Shown here piece after piece: positions 49,392-58,197 of a stretch of 64,000 nt of DNA. The position numbers were made by a program, and so were the translations under genes. The DNA comes from Alphaproteobacteria bacterium (lineage in GTDB: Bacteria > Pseudomonadota > Alphaproteobacteria > GCA-2731375). The stretch spans positions 32,001 through 96,000 of the forward strand of contig CBDDBZ010000034.1 in NCBI GenBank assembly GCA_965225945.1, in the 5' to 3' direction. The number at the start of each line of letters is the position of its first letter. Positions within the stretch are counted from its first letter, which is position 1. Under the pieces are notes generated by a model that was given only the letters and a program-made list of their open reading frames with translations, did no database searches and was not told the DNA's origin.

Positions 49392-50172
49392 AACAAGAAT
49401 GGGTCGTCTACGCCAAGCCGCCCTTCGGCGGACCAGAGGCCGTGCTCGCCTATCTCTCCCGCTACACCCACCGTGTCGCCATCTCGAACAGCCGCCTGGT
49501 CAGCTGCGACAGCCAAGGCGTCATCTTCAAGTACAAGGACTACCGGCGCAAAGGACGCGAGCGCTACAAGACCTTGCCCCTGGCCGTGCCCGAGTTCATC
49601 CGCCGCTTCCTCCTCCATGTCCTGCCCTCGGGCTTTCACCGCATCCGCCATTACGGCCTCTTCGCCAACGGCGGTCGCACCCGCAACATCTCCCTTGCCC
49701 GCGAACTGCTTGCCATGCCGGCACCGGAGAGTGAGGCCGACGATGCCGCGAGTGACGATGATACCGAACCGCCGTCCCTCTCAGAGCCCTGCCCGCAGTG
49801 CGGCGGCCGTATGATCGTCATCGAGCGCTTCGAGGCCGGCGCCCAACCACGCGCCCCGCCCCGTGCACGGCCCCTGGCCAGGGCCACGGCAGCATGACCG
49901 ACACCGCTTCGAATAACGCTATTGCCGCCGCTCACCCGCGGCCACGATCCCGCTCGCCGCAACGCCATCGAGCGCGCAGGGAACCACCTGCGAGACCCGC
50001 CGGCATCGACCCGAAGTCGCCATCAAACCACCCTGCCGGTGTCGTCGCCAATCAGATCCGAGCCATCCAGCAGCGCCGGCCACCCGAGAAAGCTGGCCCG
50101 CCGCTCGCAAATCCCCATAGACCGAGCGTGCCGCACCGCCGAGCCTAGTCCTGCCCGCGGTTTCCTCCCTTG

Positions 50173-50245
50173 AGCGTTGTCCGACACCTGCCGATCCAGT
50201 CCGCCGGATGCAACCCCTGCGCCTCGGCAGGTGTCCGACAACGCT
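50173..50245. repeat. 22-bp inverted repeat (one mismatch) at the right end of the IS91-like element
   Basis: AGCGTTGTCCGACACCTGCCGA (50173-50194) versus TCGGCAGGTGTCCGACAACGCT (50224-50245). Confidence 0.8.
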
Positions 50246-50507
50246 TAACATGAATTTCCGGTTAGCGTCTGCTAATGTTATGGAGAGTCTCGGGGTACAA
50301 CGGACGTGAACGGAGCGAAAGCCGACAGTCGCCCGAGGCGCCGGGCGCATGCGTTCCTCCCGGCGTCGATTCCCGCCCCACCACGCGCCGCCGCTCCGCT
50401 CGCCGAGGCTCCTCTCGGCCGTCGCGCGTGAGCGATCGCGGAGGAAGTCCTCGCGGGGATCCAGGGGCCCGCGTCGCGGTGATCCGAGCCCACCCCATCG
50501 GCGCGGA

Positions 50508-51770
50508 TCACGCGAAGCGATCGATGCTATAGGGCGCCAAGTCGATGTCGAGCCTCTCGCCGGCGATCAGCGCGGCGATCGCCTCGCCCGTCGTCGGCGC
50601 CACGGTCATGCCGGTGTGGCCATGGCCGAAGGCGGCGTAAAGACCCTCGTGGCCGGTAACCGCGCCGAGACAGGGGAGCGAATCCGGCGTCGAGGGCCGC
50701 CGCCCCATCCATTCCACGCAATCCTCGGTGTTGATATCGGGGAACATGCGCTTCGCCAGCCGCTTGAAGACGCGGGCCCGGCGATAGTCCGGCGGCGCCT
50801 CCAGACCGGCGAATTCCGCCGTGCCGGCGAGCCGCACGCCGGCCGACATCGAGCTCACGACGAACTTGGCCTCGACGTTCATGATGCAGTTCTCGAGCCG
50901 GACGCCCGGATCGCGGAGCACCAAGTGATAGCCCCGTTCGGCCTCGAGCGGCACCCGGACGCCCAGGCCGTCCAGCAGCTTGCCCAACCACGCGCCCATC
51001 GCCACCACCAGGCGCTTGGAGCGAAGCGGGCCGCTGTCGGTCTCGACCCGCCAGCCGCCACCCGGCACCGGCACCAGGCCCGAGACCGCGCGGCGCTGGA
51101 GGTCGACGCCCATTCGGGCGGCCTTCTCCGCCAGCGCCTTGCCGATGCCGCCCGGATCGAGCGCCCGGCCCTGCCCATCGATCAGCACCGCCGCCTGGTA
51201 ATCCGGCGACAAGGCCGGCTCCACCTCACGCAGTGCCGCGCCCTCGACCACCCTGAGCGGCACCTGCCGCTCGGTTCGCATCCGCCAGGCCAGTTGCGTC
51301 AGATCGGCGTCCTCGGCCTTGCGGTAGACATGGACGTAGAGCGAATCCCGGACCAGCTCCTCGGCCCCGGTGCCCGCCAAATGGCGGCGGTAGAGATCGA
51401 CCGTCGGGCGGGTCAGCGCCAGCATGGCATCGGCGATTCCCGCCAGCCGGTCCGCCCGCCCCGCCCGGAGGAACTTGATCGCCCAAGGCAGGAACCACGG
51501 CAGATAACGCCACCTGAGCGCCACCGGGCCTTCCGGGTCCAGCATCCATCCCGGCACCTGCTTCCACAGGCCCGGCATCGATTGCGGCACGCAGGACCAG
51601 GGCGAGAGCGAGCCGGCATTGCCGAAACTGGCCCCTTCGGCCGGCGGGTCGCGGTCGAGAAGTGCTACCGTGAAGCCCCGCTCCCTTAGCGAAAGCGCAC
51701 AGCAGATGCCGACGATCCCGGCGCCCAGCACGGTGACGTCGGGGCTCGGCTCCCTCGCCGGCTCGACCAT
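50508..51770 (-). CDS. FAD-dependent D-amino acid dehydrogenase-like oxidoreductase
   Basis: GAGIVG, ASFGNAG, ERGYH, AGTAEF, WMGRRPSTPDSLP and AFGHGH.G motifs. Confidence 0.9.
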   Translation of the reverse strand: MVEPAREPSPDVTVLGAGIVGICCALSLRERGFTVALLDRDPPAEGASFGNAGSLSPWSCVPQSMPGLWKQVPGWMLDPEGPVALRWRYLPWFLPWAIKFLRAGRADRLAGIADAMLALTRPTVDLYRRHLAGTGAEELVRDSLYVHVYRKAEDADLTQLAWRMRTERQVPLRVVEGAALREVEPALSPDYQAAVLIDGQGRALDPGGIGKALAEKAARMGVDLQRRAVSGLVPVPGGGWRVETDSGPLRSKRLVVAMGAWLGKLLDGLGVRVPLEAERGYHLVLRDPGVRLENCIMNVEAKFVVSSMSAGVRLAGTAEFAGLEAPPDYRRARVFKRLAKRMFPDINTEDCVEWMGRRPSTPDSLPCLGAVTGHEGLYAAFGHGHTGMTVAPTTGEAIAALIAGERLDIDLAPYSIDRFA

Positions 51771-51784
51771 GCCCGTTTCCGCCT

Positions 51785-52465
51785 CTACATGCCCAATTCG
51801 CCCAAGGCCTCGTCGGTGGAGCGCACGCGGCCGAACAGGCGCTGGAAATTCACCAAGGTGGCGTGGTGCAGCTCCTCGCGGGTGGCGCCGCAGGCGTCTT
51901 CCACCAGGGTGACCAAATAGCCCCGATCCGCCGCCTCGCGCGCCGTGGTCTCGACGCACATGTTGGTCGAGACGCCGCTCATGTAGAGCTGATCCTTGCC
52001 CAGCGAGCGCAACAGATGGTCGAGCCCGGTGGAGGCGAAGCCACCGATCGAGGTCTTGTTGAGGATGAACTCGCCGGGCTCCGGCGCCACCTCGTCGATG
52101 ATCTCGTGCTCCCGGCTGCCAACGTAATTGTCGGTGTCGCGAAAGAGCTTGGCCATATGCGGTGGCGCGTCGGAGATGTCCGGGCGCGTGGCGCCGACGG
52201 TCAGATAGACCACCTCCCGGCGCCCTGAGCGGAAGCCGCCCAACAGGCGCTGGATGTTCGGCACCACCTTGGTCTCGATCCGATGGAAGCGGTAGGTGGT
52301 GGCGTTCGAGCCCTCGCGCGCCATCCGCCGGCCCAGCGCGCCCTCGCGATGGCCGGTGGCGTACTGCATGTCGACGACGACGAGCGCGGCCCGCGCCGGA
52401 TCGACCTCGCGCTCCGACATGTAGGCCTGGATATAGTCGGTGTCGTCGATTCCTTCCGATGCCAT
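51785..52465 (-). CDS. Isochorismatase-family cysteine hydrolase
   Basis: ALVVVDMQ, K...GGF..T.L and GVSTNMCVETTAREAADRGY motifs. Confidence 0.88.
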   Translation of the reverse strand: MASEGIDDTDYIQAYMSEREVDPARAALVVVDMQYATGHREGALGRRMAREGSNATTYRFHRIETKVVPNIQRLLGGFRSGRREVVYLTVGATRPDISDAPPHMAKLFRDTDNYVGSREHEIIDEVAPEPGEFILNKTSIGGFASTGLDHLLRSLGKDQLYMSGVSTNMCVETTAREAADRGYLVTLVEDACGATREELHHATLVNFQRLFGRVRSTDEALGELGM

Positions 52466-52488
52466 CGGCACGCTCCTCGTTCAACCGG

Positions 52489-52629
52489 CTAGAGCAGCAT
52501 CCGTCAGAAGGAAATCGCTTTCAGCGATCCAACCGGCGGATAAAGCTGCTCTACCAACTTGGAGAATAGAGCAATTTAATCCGAACGGATTGAACCGGTG
52601 CGGTTCGATCCGTTCGGATATTGCTCTAG
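52489..52629. repeat. Composite palindromic repeat: two TAGAGC...GCTCTA hairpins (52490-52553, 52567-52628) joined by a 13-bp linker, CTAG at both outer ends
   Basis: Inverted arms seen directly; the second unit matches the 33532-33598 element. The architecture resembles alphaproteobacterial CIR/BRU-RS-type repeats. Confidence 0.82.
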
Positions 52630-53616
52630 GGCCGGCTCGCCATCCTTGCCCACCCGGTCGGGAAAATTGCTGTCGAGCCGATCTTGAAAATAGGCGCCGT
52701 AGCGGATCGGCTCGTATTTGCCCTCGCCGTCCTGGGTGAAGCCGTCCAGGCAGCGGATCTCGGCCTCGATGTCGGGGTCGAAGAACATGGCGATCGAGTA
52801 CCGATCGCGGCCGCGTGGGTCGGCGACCACGCGATGTGGCGTCGAGTTGAAGACGTCGTTGGTCCAGCGGGCCAAGGCATCGCCGACGTTGACGATGAAG
52901 CCGCCGGGCACGCGCGGTGGGCGGATCCAGGTGCCGTCGAGGCGGCGGATTTCCAGGCCCTCGACCTCGTCCTGGGCCAGGATGGTGAGGAAGCCGTAGT
53001 CGGTATGCGGCTGGATGCCAAGCATGTCGGCCGGGCGATCGGCCGGGCCCGGCGGATAGTGGACCAGGCGGAGCGCCGTCGACGGCGGGTCGAAGAAGCG
53101 TGCGAGGTAATCCCGATCCTCCCCGACCGCGAGCGAGAGCGGTGCCAGGAGGCTCGTGCCGAGTTCCCGCAATGCCCGGTCGTAGCGGGTGATCACGTCG
53201 CGAAAGGCGGCATCCCCGGGCCACTGGTTGGGTCCCATCAGCGCCTTGACCCGGTAGCCGGGGTCGGTCTCGGGCACTTCGTGGCGGATGAAGAAGGACT
53301 CGAGCCGGTTGGCGTGCCTGGCGGGCTCGAACCGTGCCGAGGAGGTCAGTTTCGAGGTGGCGAAGGGCTCGTAGCCGCGATGCCAGTGATTGATCCTGAG
53401 CGCGAGTTTTTCCTCCACCGAACGCGCGTGGAACCCTCGGTGCTGGCGAAACGCCTCGGCGATCAGCGCTTCCTCGACGCCGTGGCCGACGATATGGAAG
53501 AAGCCGGTATCGAGGCAGGCGCGGCGGACCTGGCGCGCGACCTCATCGAGGCCACCGGGCCGGCCGGCGCGCATGTGGACAAGGTCGATGATCGGAATCT
53601 CGTCGCGCGTGGCCAT
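52576..53616 (-). CDS. Isopenicillin N synthase-like 2OG-Fe(II) oxygenase
   Basis: IPIIDL, GFF.I.GHG, GPNQWP, HYPP, HTDYG.LT.L.QD, NVGD, STPHRV and RYS motifs. The last 17 codons come from the palindrome. Confidence 0.9.
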   Translation of the reverse strand: MATRDEIPIIDLVHMRAGRPGGLDEVARQVRRACLDTGFFHIVGHGVEEALIAEAFRQHRGFHARSVEEKLALRINHWHRGYEPFATSKLTSSARFEPARHANRLESFFIRHEVPETDPGYRVKALMGPNQWPGDAAFRDVITRYDRALRELGTSLLAPLSLAVGEDRDYLARFFDPPSTALRLVHYPPGPADRPADMLGIQPHTDYGFLTILAQDEVEGLEIRRLDGTWIRPPRVPGGFIVNVGDALARWTNDVFNSTPHRVVADPRGRDRYSIAMFFDPDIEAEIRCLDGFTQDGEGKYEPIRYGAYFQDRLDSNFPDRVGKDGEPALEQYPNGSNRTGSIRSD

Positions 53617-53699
53617 CGCCGGGTTCACTCGTCGTCGGAAGTCGGGACTCGAAGTCTAGCCAATGGGCCCCGCCGACACCATGCGCGCGCGAGCCCGTC

Positions 53700-53867
53700 T
53701 CAATCCTCCCCGGCGAAGGCCGACGGGGGGACGAAGCCCTCGGTCTCCGCCTCGATTCCGCGCGCGGCGGCGAGCGCCGTCCGGTCCTCGAGATATTCGG
53801 CGCCGAGCTCGCCGTCGCGGATTGCCGCCGCGAGCCGGGCCGCCGACCAGAATGCTTGCTTGGCCAT
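53700..53867 (-). pseudogene. Collapsed amidase remnant (N- and C-termini fused)
   Basis: AFWSAARLAAAIRDGE (amidase N-terminus) is joined to YLEDRTALAAAR.IE...GFVPP (amidase C-terminus); 55 aa. Confidence 0.6.
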
Positions 53868-54073
53868 GTTGCTTCCCCGCCGCCTCGATGGTGAGTTGGC
53901 TTTATAGCAAAGCCCCGACGGTCGAGCGTCGTGTCCATGGGCATAACGCGCCATGGCATCGACGGATCGAGGGAGCGGTGCTATGGGCAGGCAAGCAGCA
54001 GGGTGCCGATCGACGACGCAACGGGCCAACTCTCGATGTCTCATGTCGACCGCCGGCGGCGGCGCCAAGTCGG

Positions 54074-55003
54074 GTGAACGCCGTGACACCGGAACCCGCG
54101 GCCGACGTCGGCGCCGCCGGCGAGGCCGTGCGGCCGCGCCACCGGGCGGAGATCCTGCTCGCCGGCGTCGCCCTCAGCCTGGGCGGCCTGCTGATCCGCA
54201 TGGTCGAGACGGCGACGCCCTGGCAGATCCTGTTCTATCGCTCGGGCTTCCTGGCGCTCGGCCTCGTCCTCTATCTCGCCTGGCGCGGGCGGGGCCGGCT
54301 GACGGGGAACCTGGCGGCGGCGGGCTGGGCCGGGCTGCTGGGCGGGATCTGCATCGGTGCCGCGATGGCCGGCTTCGTCTGGTCCGTGACCCACACCACG
54401 GTCGCCAACACGCTCTTTATCCTCGCCGCCTCGCCCTTCCTGGCCGCCGTGCTCGGCCGCCTCGCGATTCGTGAGCGGGTCTCGCGGCGCACCTGGGCAG
54501 CGATGCTGGTCGCCGGTTTCGGGATCGCCGTGATGGTCTGGGACGGCATCGCGCTCGGCCACCTCGCCGGCCTGCTGGCGGCACTCGGCGCCAGCTTCGG
54601 CTTCGCCGCCATGACGGTGATCCTGCGCTGGCGGCGCGAGGTCGATCTCACCGCCTCGGCGCTTTACGGCGCTCTCCTCAGCGCTCTCGCCGGTGCCCTC
54701 TTGGCATGGCCCGAGGGCCTCGTCATCCCGGCCGCCGATCTCGGCTGGTGTTTCCTTTACGGCGGCCCGGTACTGGTCCTGGCCTTCGTCCTCATCACCC
54801 ATGGTGGGCGTTTCGTGCCGGCGGCCCAGGTGACGCTGCTGTCGCTCTCGGAGGTCGCGCTGGGGCCGCTCTGGGTCTGGCTCGCGGTGGACGAGCGGCC
54901 GAGCGCGGCGAGCCTGGTCGGCGGTGCCCTGGTGTTGTCCGCGGTGATCGCGCAAGTCGGGCTCGGCTACCGGCGAGGCCCAGGGCCGATGCCGCGCGCG
55001 TGA
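54074..55003 (+). CDS. DMT/EamA family transporter
   Basis: About 10 TM segments; FYRS, TTVAN, SPF.AA...ER and LSE..LGPLWVWL..DE.P motifs. Start approximate. Confidence 0.85.
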   Translation: MNAVTPEPAADVGAAGEAVRPRHRAEILLAGVALSLGGLLIRMVETATPWQILFYRSGFLALGLVLYLAWRGRGRLTGNLAAAGWAGLLGGICIGAAMAGFVWSVTHTTVANTLFILAASPFLAAVLGRLAIRERVSRRTWAAMLVAGFGIAVMVWDGIALGHLAGLLAALGASFGFAAMTVILRWRREVDLTASALYGALLSALAGALLAWPEGLVIPAADLGWCFLYGGPVLVLAFVLITHGGRFVPAAQVTLLSLSEVALGPLWVWLAVDERPSAASLVGGALVLSAVIAQVGLGYRRGPGPMPRA

Positions 55004-55096
55004 CGGCATGGCGCCATGGCGGTGCCGCGAATTACCTGGGAGCGGTGGCGCAACGGCGACAAATGCGTGATCCTTCGCGAGGGGAGAGTACGAAGT

Positions 55097-57199
55097 ATGA
55101 ATACGAGCAACGTTCGTCTGGCTGTCGATATCGGCGGCACCTTCACCGACGTGGTGGTGGAGAGCGCCGGAGGCCGGACCACCACCAAGGTGCTGACCGA
55201 GCCCCGGGCGCCCGAACAGAGCGTGGTGGCGGCGATGGCCGAGGCGTTGGAAGCGGCGGGCCTCGCGGCTAGCGAGGTCGGGCTGATCCTGCACGGCACC
55301 ACGCTCGCGACCAACGCCATCCTGGAGCGGAGCGGTGCGCTCACCGCCTTCGTCACCACCGAGGGTTTCCGCGACATCATCGAGGTCGGCTACGAGAGCC
55401 GCTACGACCAATACGACCTGATGATCGAGAAGGTGGCGCCTTTGGTGCCGCGCTACCTGCGGCTCACCGTGCCGGAACGCATCGATGTGCGGGGCCGGGT
55501 GCTGACGCCCTTGGACGAGGCGGCGGTGGAAGCGCTGGTGCCGAGGCTGGCGGCGGAAGACGTCGCCAGCGTCGCGGTCGGTTTCCTCCACGGTTACGCC
55601 AATCCCGCGCACGAGCGCCGGGTCGAGGAGATCCTCATCGCCGCCCTACCGGGTATGCCCGTCACCCTCGCCTCGGAGGTCTGCCCGGAAGTCCGCGAGT
55701 ATGAACGCTTCACCACCGCCACCGCCAACGCCTATGTGCGACCCATGATGGAGGGCTATCTGGTCCGGCTGGAAGCCCGCCTGGAGGCGCTCGGCTTCGC
55801 CTGCCCGGTGCTGGTGATGACCTCCGGCGGCGGCCTCACCACGCTCGAGACGGCGAGGCGCCAGCCGATACGTCTGGTCGAATCGGGGCCCGCCGGCGGC
55901 GTGGTGCTGGCCCGCGACATCGCCGCCGAGGCCGGGCTCGACAAGGTCATGAGCTTCGACATGGGCGGCACGACGGCGAAGATCTGCTTCATCGAGGATC
56001 TCGAGCCGCGCCGGGCCCGGGAGTTCGAGGTCGACCGGCAGGCCCGCTTCATGAAAGGCAGTGGCCTGCCGCTCCGCATACCGGTCATCGAGATGGTGGA
56101 GATCGGCGCCGGCGGCGGCTCGATCGCGCGCCTCGATACGCTGGGGCGGATCACCGTCGGGCCTTCGAGCGCGGGCGCCGAACCGGGCCCCGCCGGCTAC
56201 GACCGGGGCGGCACGCACGCGACCGTCACCGATTCCGACATCGTGCTCGGGCGGATCGACCCGGGCGGCTTCGCCGGCGGGCGGATCACCTTGCGCCCGG
56301 AGCTCTCCGCCGAGGCGATCCGGGGCGCCGTCGGCGGGCCGCTCGGCCTCGAGGTCGAACTCGCCGCCTACGGCATCGCCGAGATCGTCGACGAGACCAT
56401 GTCGAACGCGGCCCGGGTGCTCGCGGTCGAGGAAGGCAAGGTGGCCTCCGAGCAGACCATCATCGCCTTCGGGGGCGCGGCGCCGCTGCACGCCTGCCGG
56501 ATCGCCGAGAAGCTGGGCATCCGGCGCATCGTCGTGCCGGTGGACGCGGGCGTCGGCTCGGCGATCGGCTTCCTGCGCGCGCCGGTCGCCTACGAGGTGG
56601 TCCGCAGCCTCAACATGCGGCTCTCGGCCTTCGCGCCGGAGGCCGTCAACCGGCTGATGGCGGAGATGCGCGCCGAGGCCCGCGCGGTGGTCGAAAGCGG
56701 TGCCTTCGGCGCACCGCTCACCGAGACCCGCCTCGCCTACATGCGCTATCTCGGCCAAGGCCACGAGATCACCGTGGCGGTGCCGCCGGAGCCGCTCACT
56801 GGCGCGGACGCGGTCCGCTTGCAGGCGAGCTGGGACGCGGAATACCAACGGCTCTACAAGCGCACCATCCCCGAGGCCGACGTCGAGGTGCTGTCCTGGG
56901 GCTTGACCATCTCGACCCTCGATACCCCGCCGCCGGCGAGCCCGCCGCCGGAGGCGGGCGAGATCGCGCGCGCGGCCGCGACACGGATGGTGTTCGACGC
57001 CGAGCGCGGCGAGGCGGTGGAGGTGGCGCTCCACCGGCGACGCGACCTCGCCGCCGGCCAGGTCGTTCCCGGGCCGGCCCTCATCATCGAGGATCAGACC
57101 TCGACCTTCGTCACCCCGGCCTTTCGGGCCATCATCGCAACGAACGGCAACATCGTCGTCGAACGCGGCGAATCAGATCTCAATTTCATACAAAGTTAA
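55097..57199 (+). CDS. Hydantoinase/oxoprolinase subunit A
   Basis: DIGGTFTD, HGTTLATNA, EYER..T, ESGPAGG, DMGGTTAK, GAGGGS and FGGA motifs. Confidence 0.92.
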   Translation: MNTSNVRLAVDIGGTFTDVVVESAGGRTTTKVLTEPRAPEQSVVAAMAEALEAAGLAASEVGLILHGTTLATNAILERSGALTAFVTTEGFRDIIEVGYESRYDQYDLMIEKVAPLVPRYLRLTVPERIDVRGRVLTPLDEAAVEALVPRLAAEDVASVAVGFLHGYANPAHERRVEEILIAALPGMPVTLASEVCPEVREYERFTTATANAYVRPMMEGYLVRLEARLEALGFACPVLVMTSGGGLTTLETARRQPIRLVESGPAGGVVLARDIAAEAGLDKVMSFDMGGTTAKICFIEDLEPRRAREFEVDRQARFMKGSGLPLRIPVIEMVEIGAGGGSIARLDTLGRITVGPSSAGAEPGPAGYDRGGTHATVTDSDIVLGRIDPGGFAGGRITLRPELSAEAIRGAVGGPLGLEVELAAYGIAEIVDETMSNAARVLAVEEGKVASEQTIIAFGGAAPLHACRIAEKLGIRRIVVPVDAGVGSAIGFLRAPVAYEVVRSLNMRLSAFAPEAVNRLMAEMRAEARAVVESGAFGAPLTETRLAYMRYLGQGHEITVAVPPEPLTGADAVRLQASWDAEYQRLYKRTIPEADVEVLSWGLTISTLDTPPPASPPPEAGEIARAAATRMVFDAERGEAVEVALHRRRDLAAGQVVPGPALIIEDQTSTFVTPAFRAIIATNGNIVVERGESDLNFIQS

Positions 57200-57313
57200 C
57201 TTGTTCATAATATTATTCTGCGTGTTCGAGACTGCTACGACCATGTCGGAATTCTGGGAGATTTTCGTGACCAGCGAGCGGTGCAAGGCTATGCTCCGAC
57301 GACATAGATCGCA

Positions 57314-57721
57314 GTGAATGCGGCTTCGGTTCATTTCCCAGGTTCGTACCGCGATGTCGAACGGTTGGATCCTGAAGCACCAACCGAGAGCGAAGACGAG
57401 AGTGAACAGGCCGGGCAGAGCTATCGCCAGCACGCGACCTTCATTGTGCCGGAGATGGTCTATCCTTGCGAAGTCACCAAGATTTCCCCGGAAGGCCTTC
57501 TGTTCACCTGCGATGTGGAGCTATCGGCGGGAACGCGGATACGGTTCAATTTGCCCTATCTGGGTCAGCTGTATTGCGAGGTCACTGAAAACCACCTGGA
57601 GGGCGTGGAAGCGCGCTTCGTCATCGATGAAGACCGACGCGCGGAACTCTACGAACTGGTCACCGGCCTGGTCAATAATAGTCGGGAGTTGCCGCTGTCG
57701 ATTAGCGATTCGGCCTCGTGA
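57314..57721 (+). CDS. PilZ-like domain protein with degenerate c-di-GMP motifs
   Basis: C.V.KISPEG....C...L..G..I...LP.LG.L.CEV pattern; lacks RxxxR and the D/N of D/NxSxxG; lower GC. Confidence 0.55.
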   Translation: MNAASVHFPGSYRDVERLDPEAPTESEDESEQAGQSYRQHATFIVPEMVYPCEVTKISPEGLLFTCDVELSAGTRIRFNLPYLGQLYCEVTENHLEGVEARFVIDEDRRAELYELVTGLVNNSRELPLSISDSAS

Positions 57722-58197
57722 GCTGCAATGTTCGATTTCATTACGCCGAGCGAAGTTTTCGAATAAATTACCTAATAGGGCATGGATTTAGCTTTGCCCT
57801 GGACCAACCTGGCCCCGGGCGGCTGGCTCGGTAGCATTACCCAACGGGCCCACTACCAAGAGGCGTTTAGGACCCGACACGACATCACCGACCCCACCCA
57901 CGGCAGTCGGGATGATGGCCGACGACAACGGACCAAAGGCGACATTGCTCACCGCGCTCTCGCTCGGTCGCGGGGCACCCTCGCCCGGCCCATGGCGTCG
58001 TGGCACCTCGGCAACGGGCTTGAAGTGCCGCGGAAGAGTGGCTACTCAATGACGTGGATGTCTTCGACGATTGCGGCGTCCAGCACCGCACGATCACCGC
58101 GGCGCGGGATTTCCCGATCGAGCGATATCGGGACGAGCTGGCGGCCGGAGCCCCGGCGCATTGGATTTCGATGTAACGCATCGTAAAGGCGGGAAAA

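Larger units (their letters stand above)
47645..49897 (+). pseudogene. IS91-family transposase split by IS1595
   Basis: Zn motif CRT..LGG...C..C...YNSCRNRHCPKCQ and HUH motif HPHIH. After the insertion it resumes EWVVYAK...YLSRYTHRVAISN (Y2) and RIRHYG. Confidence 0.92.
46601..50250 (+). mobile_element. IS91-like element: tyrosine recombinase + Y2 HUH transposase, inactivated by IS1595
   Basis: Two-gene architecture with a left hairpin (ACGAAACCGCT-TTC-AGCGGTAGTTCGT) and a right 22-bp inverted repeat. Boundaries approximate. Confidence 0.78.
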
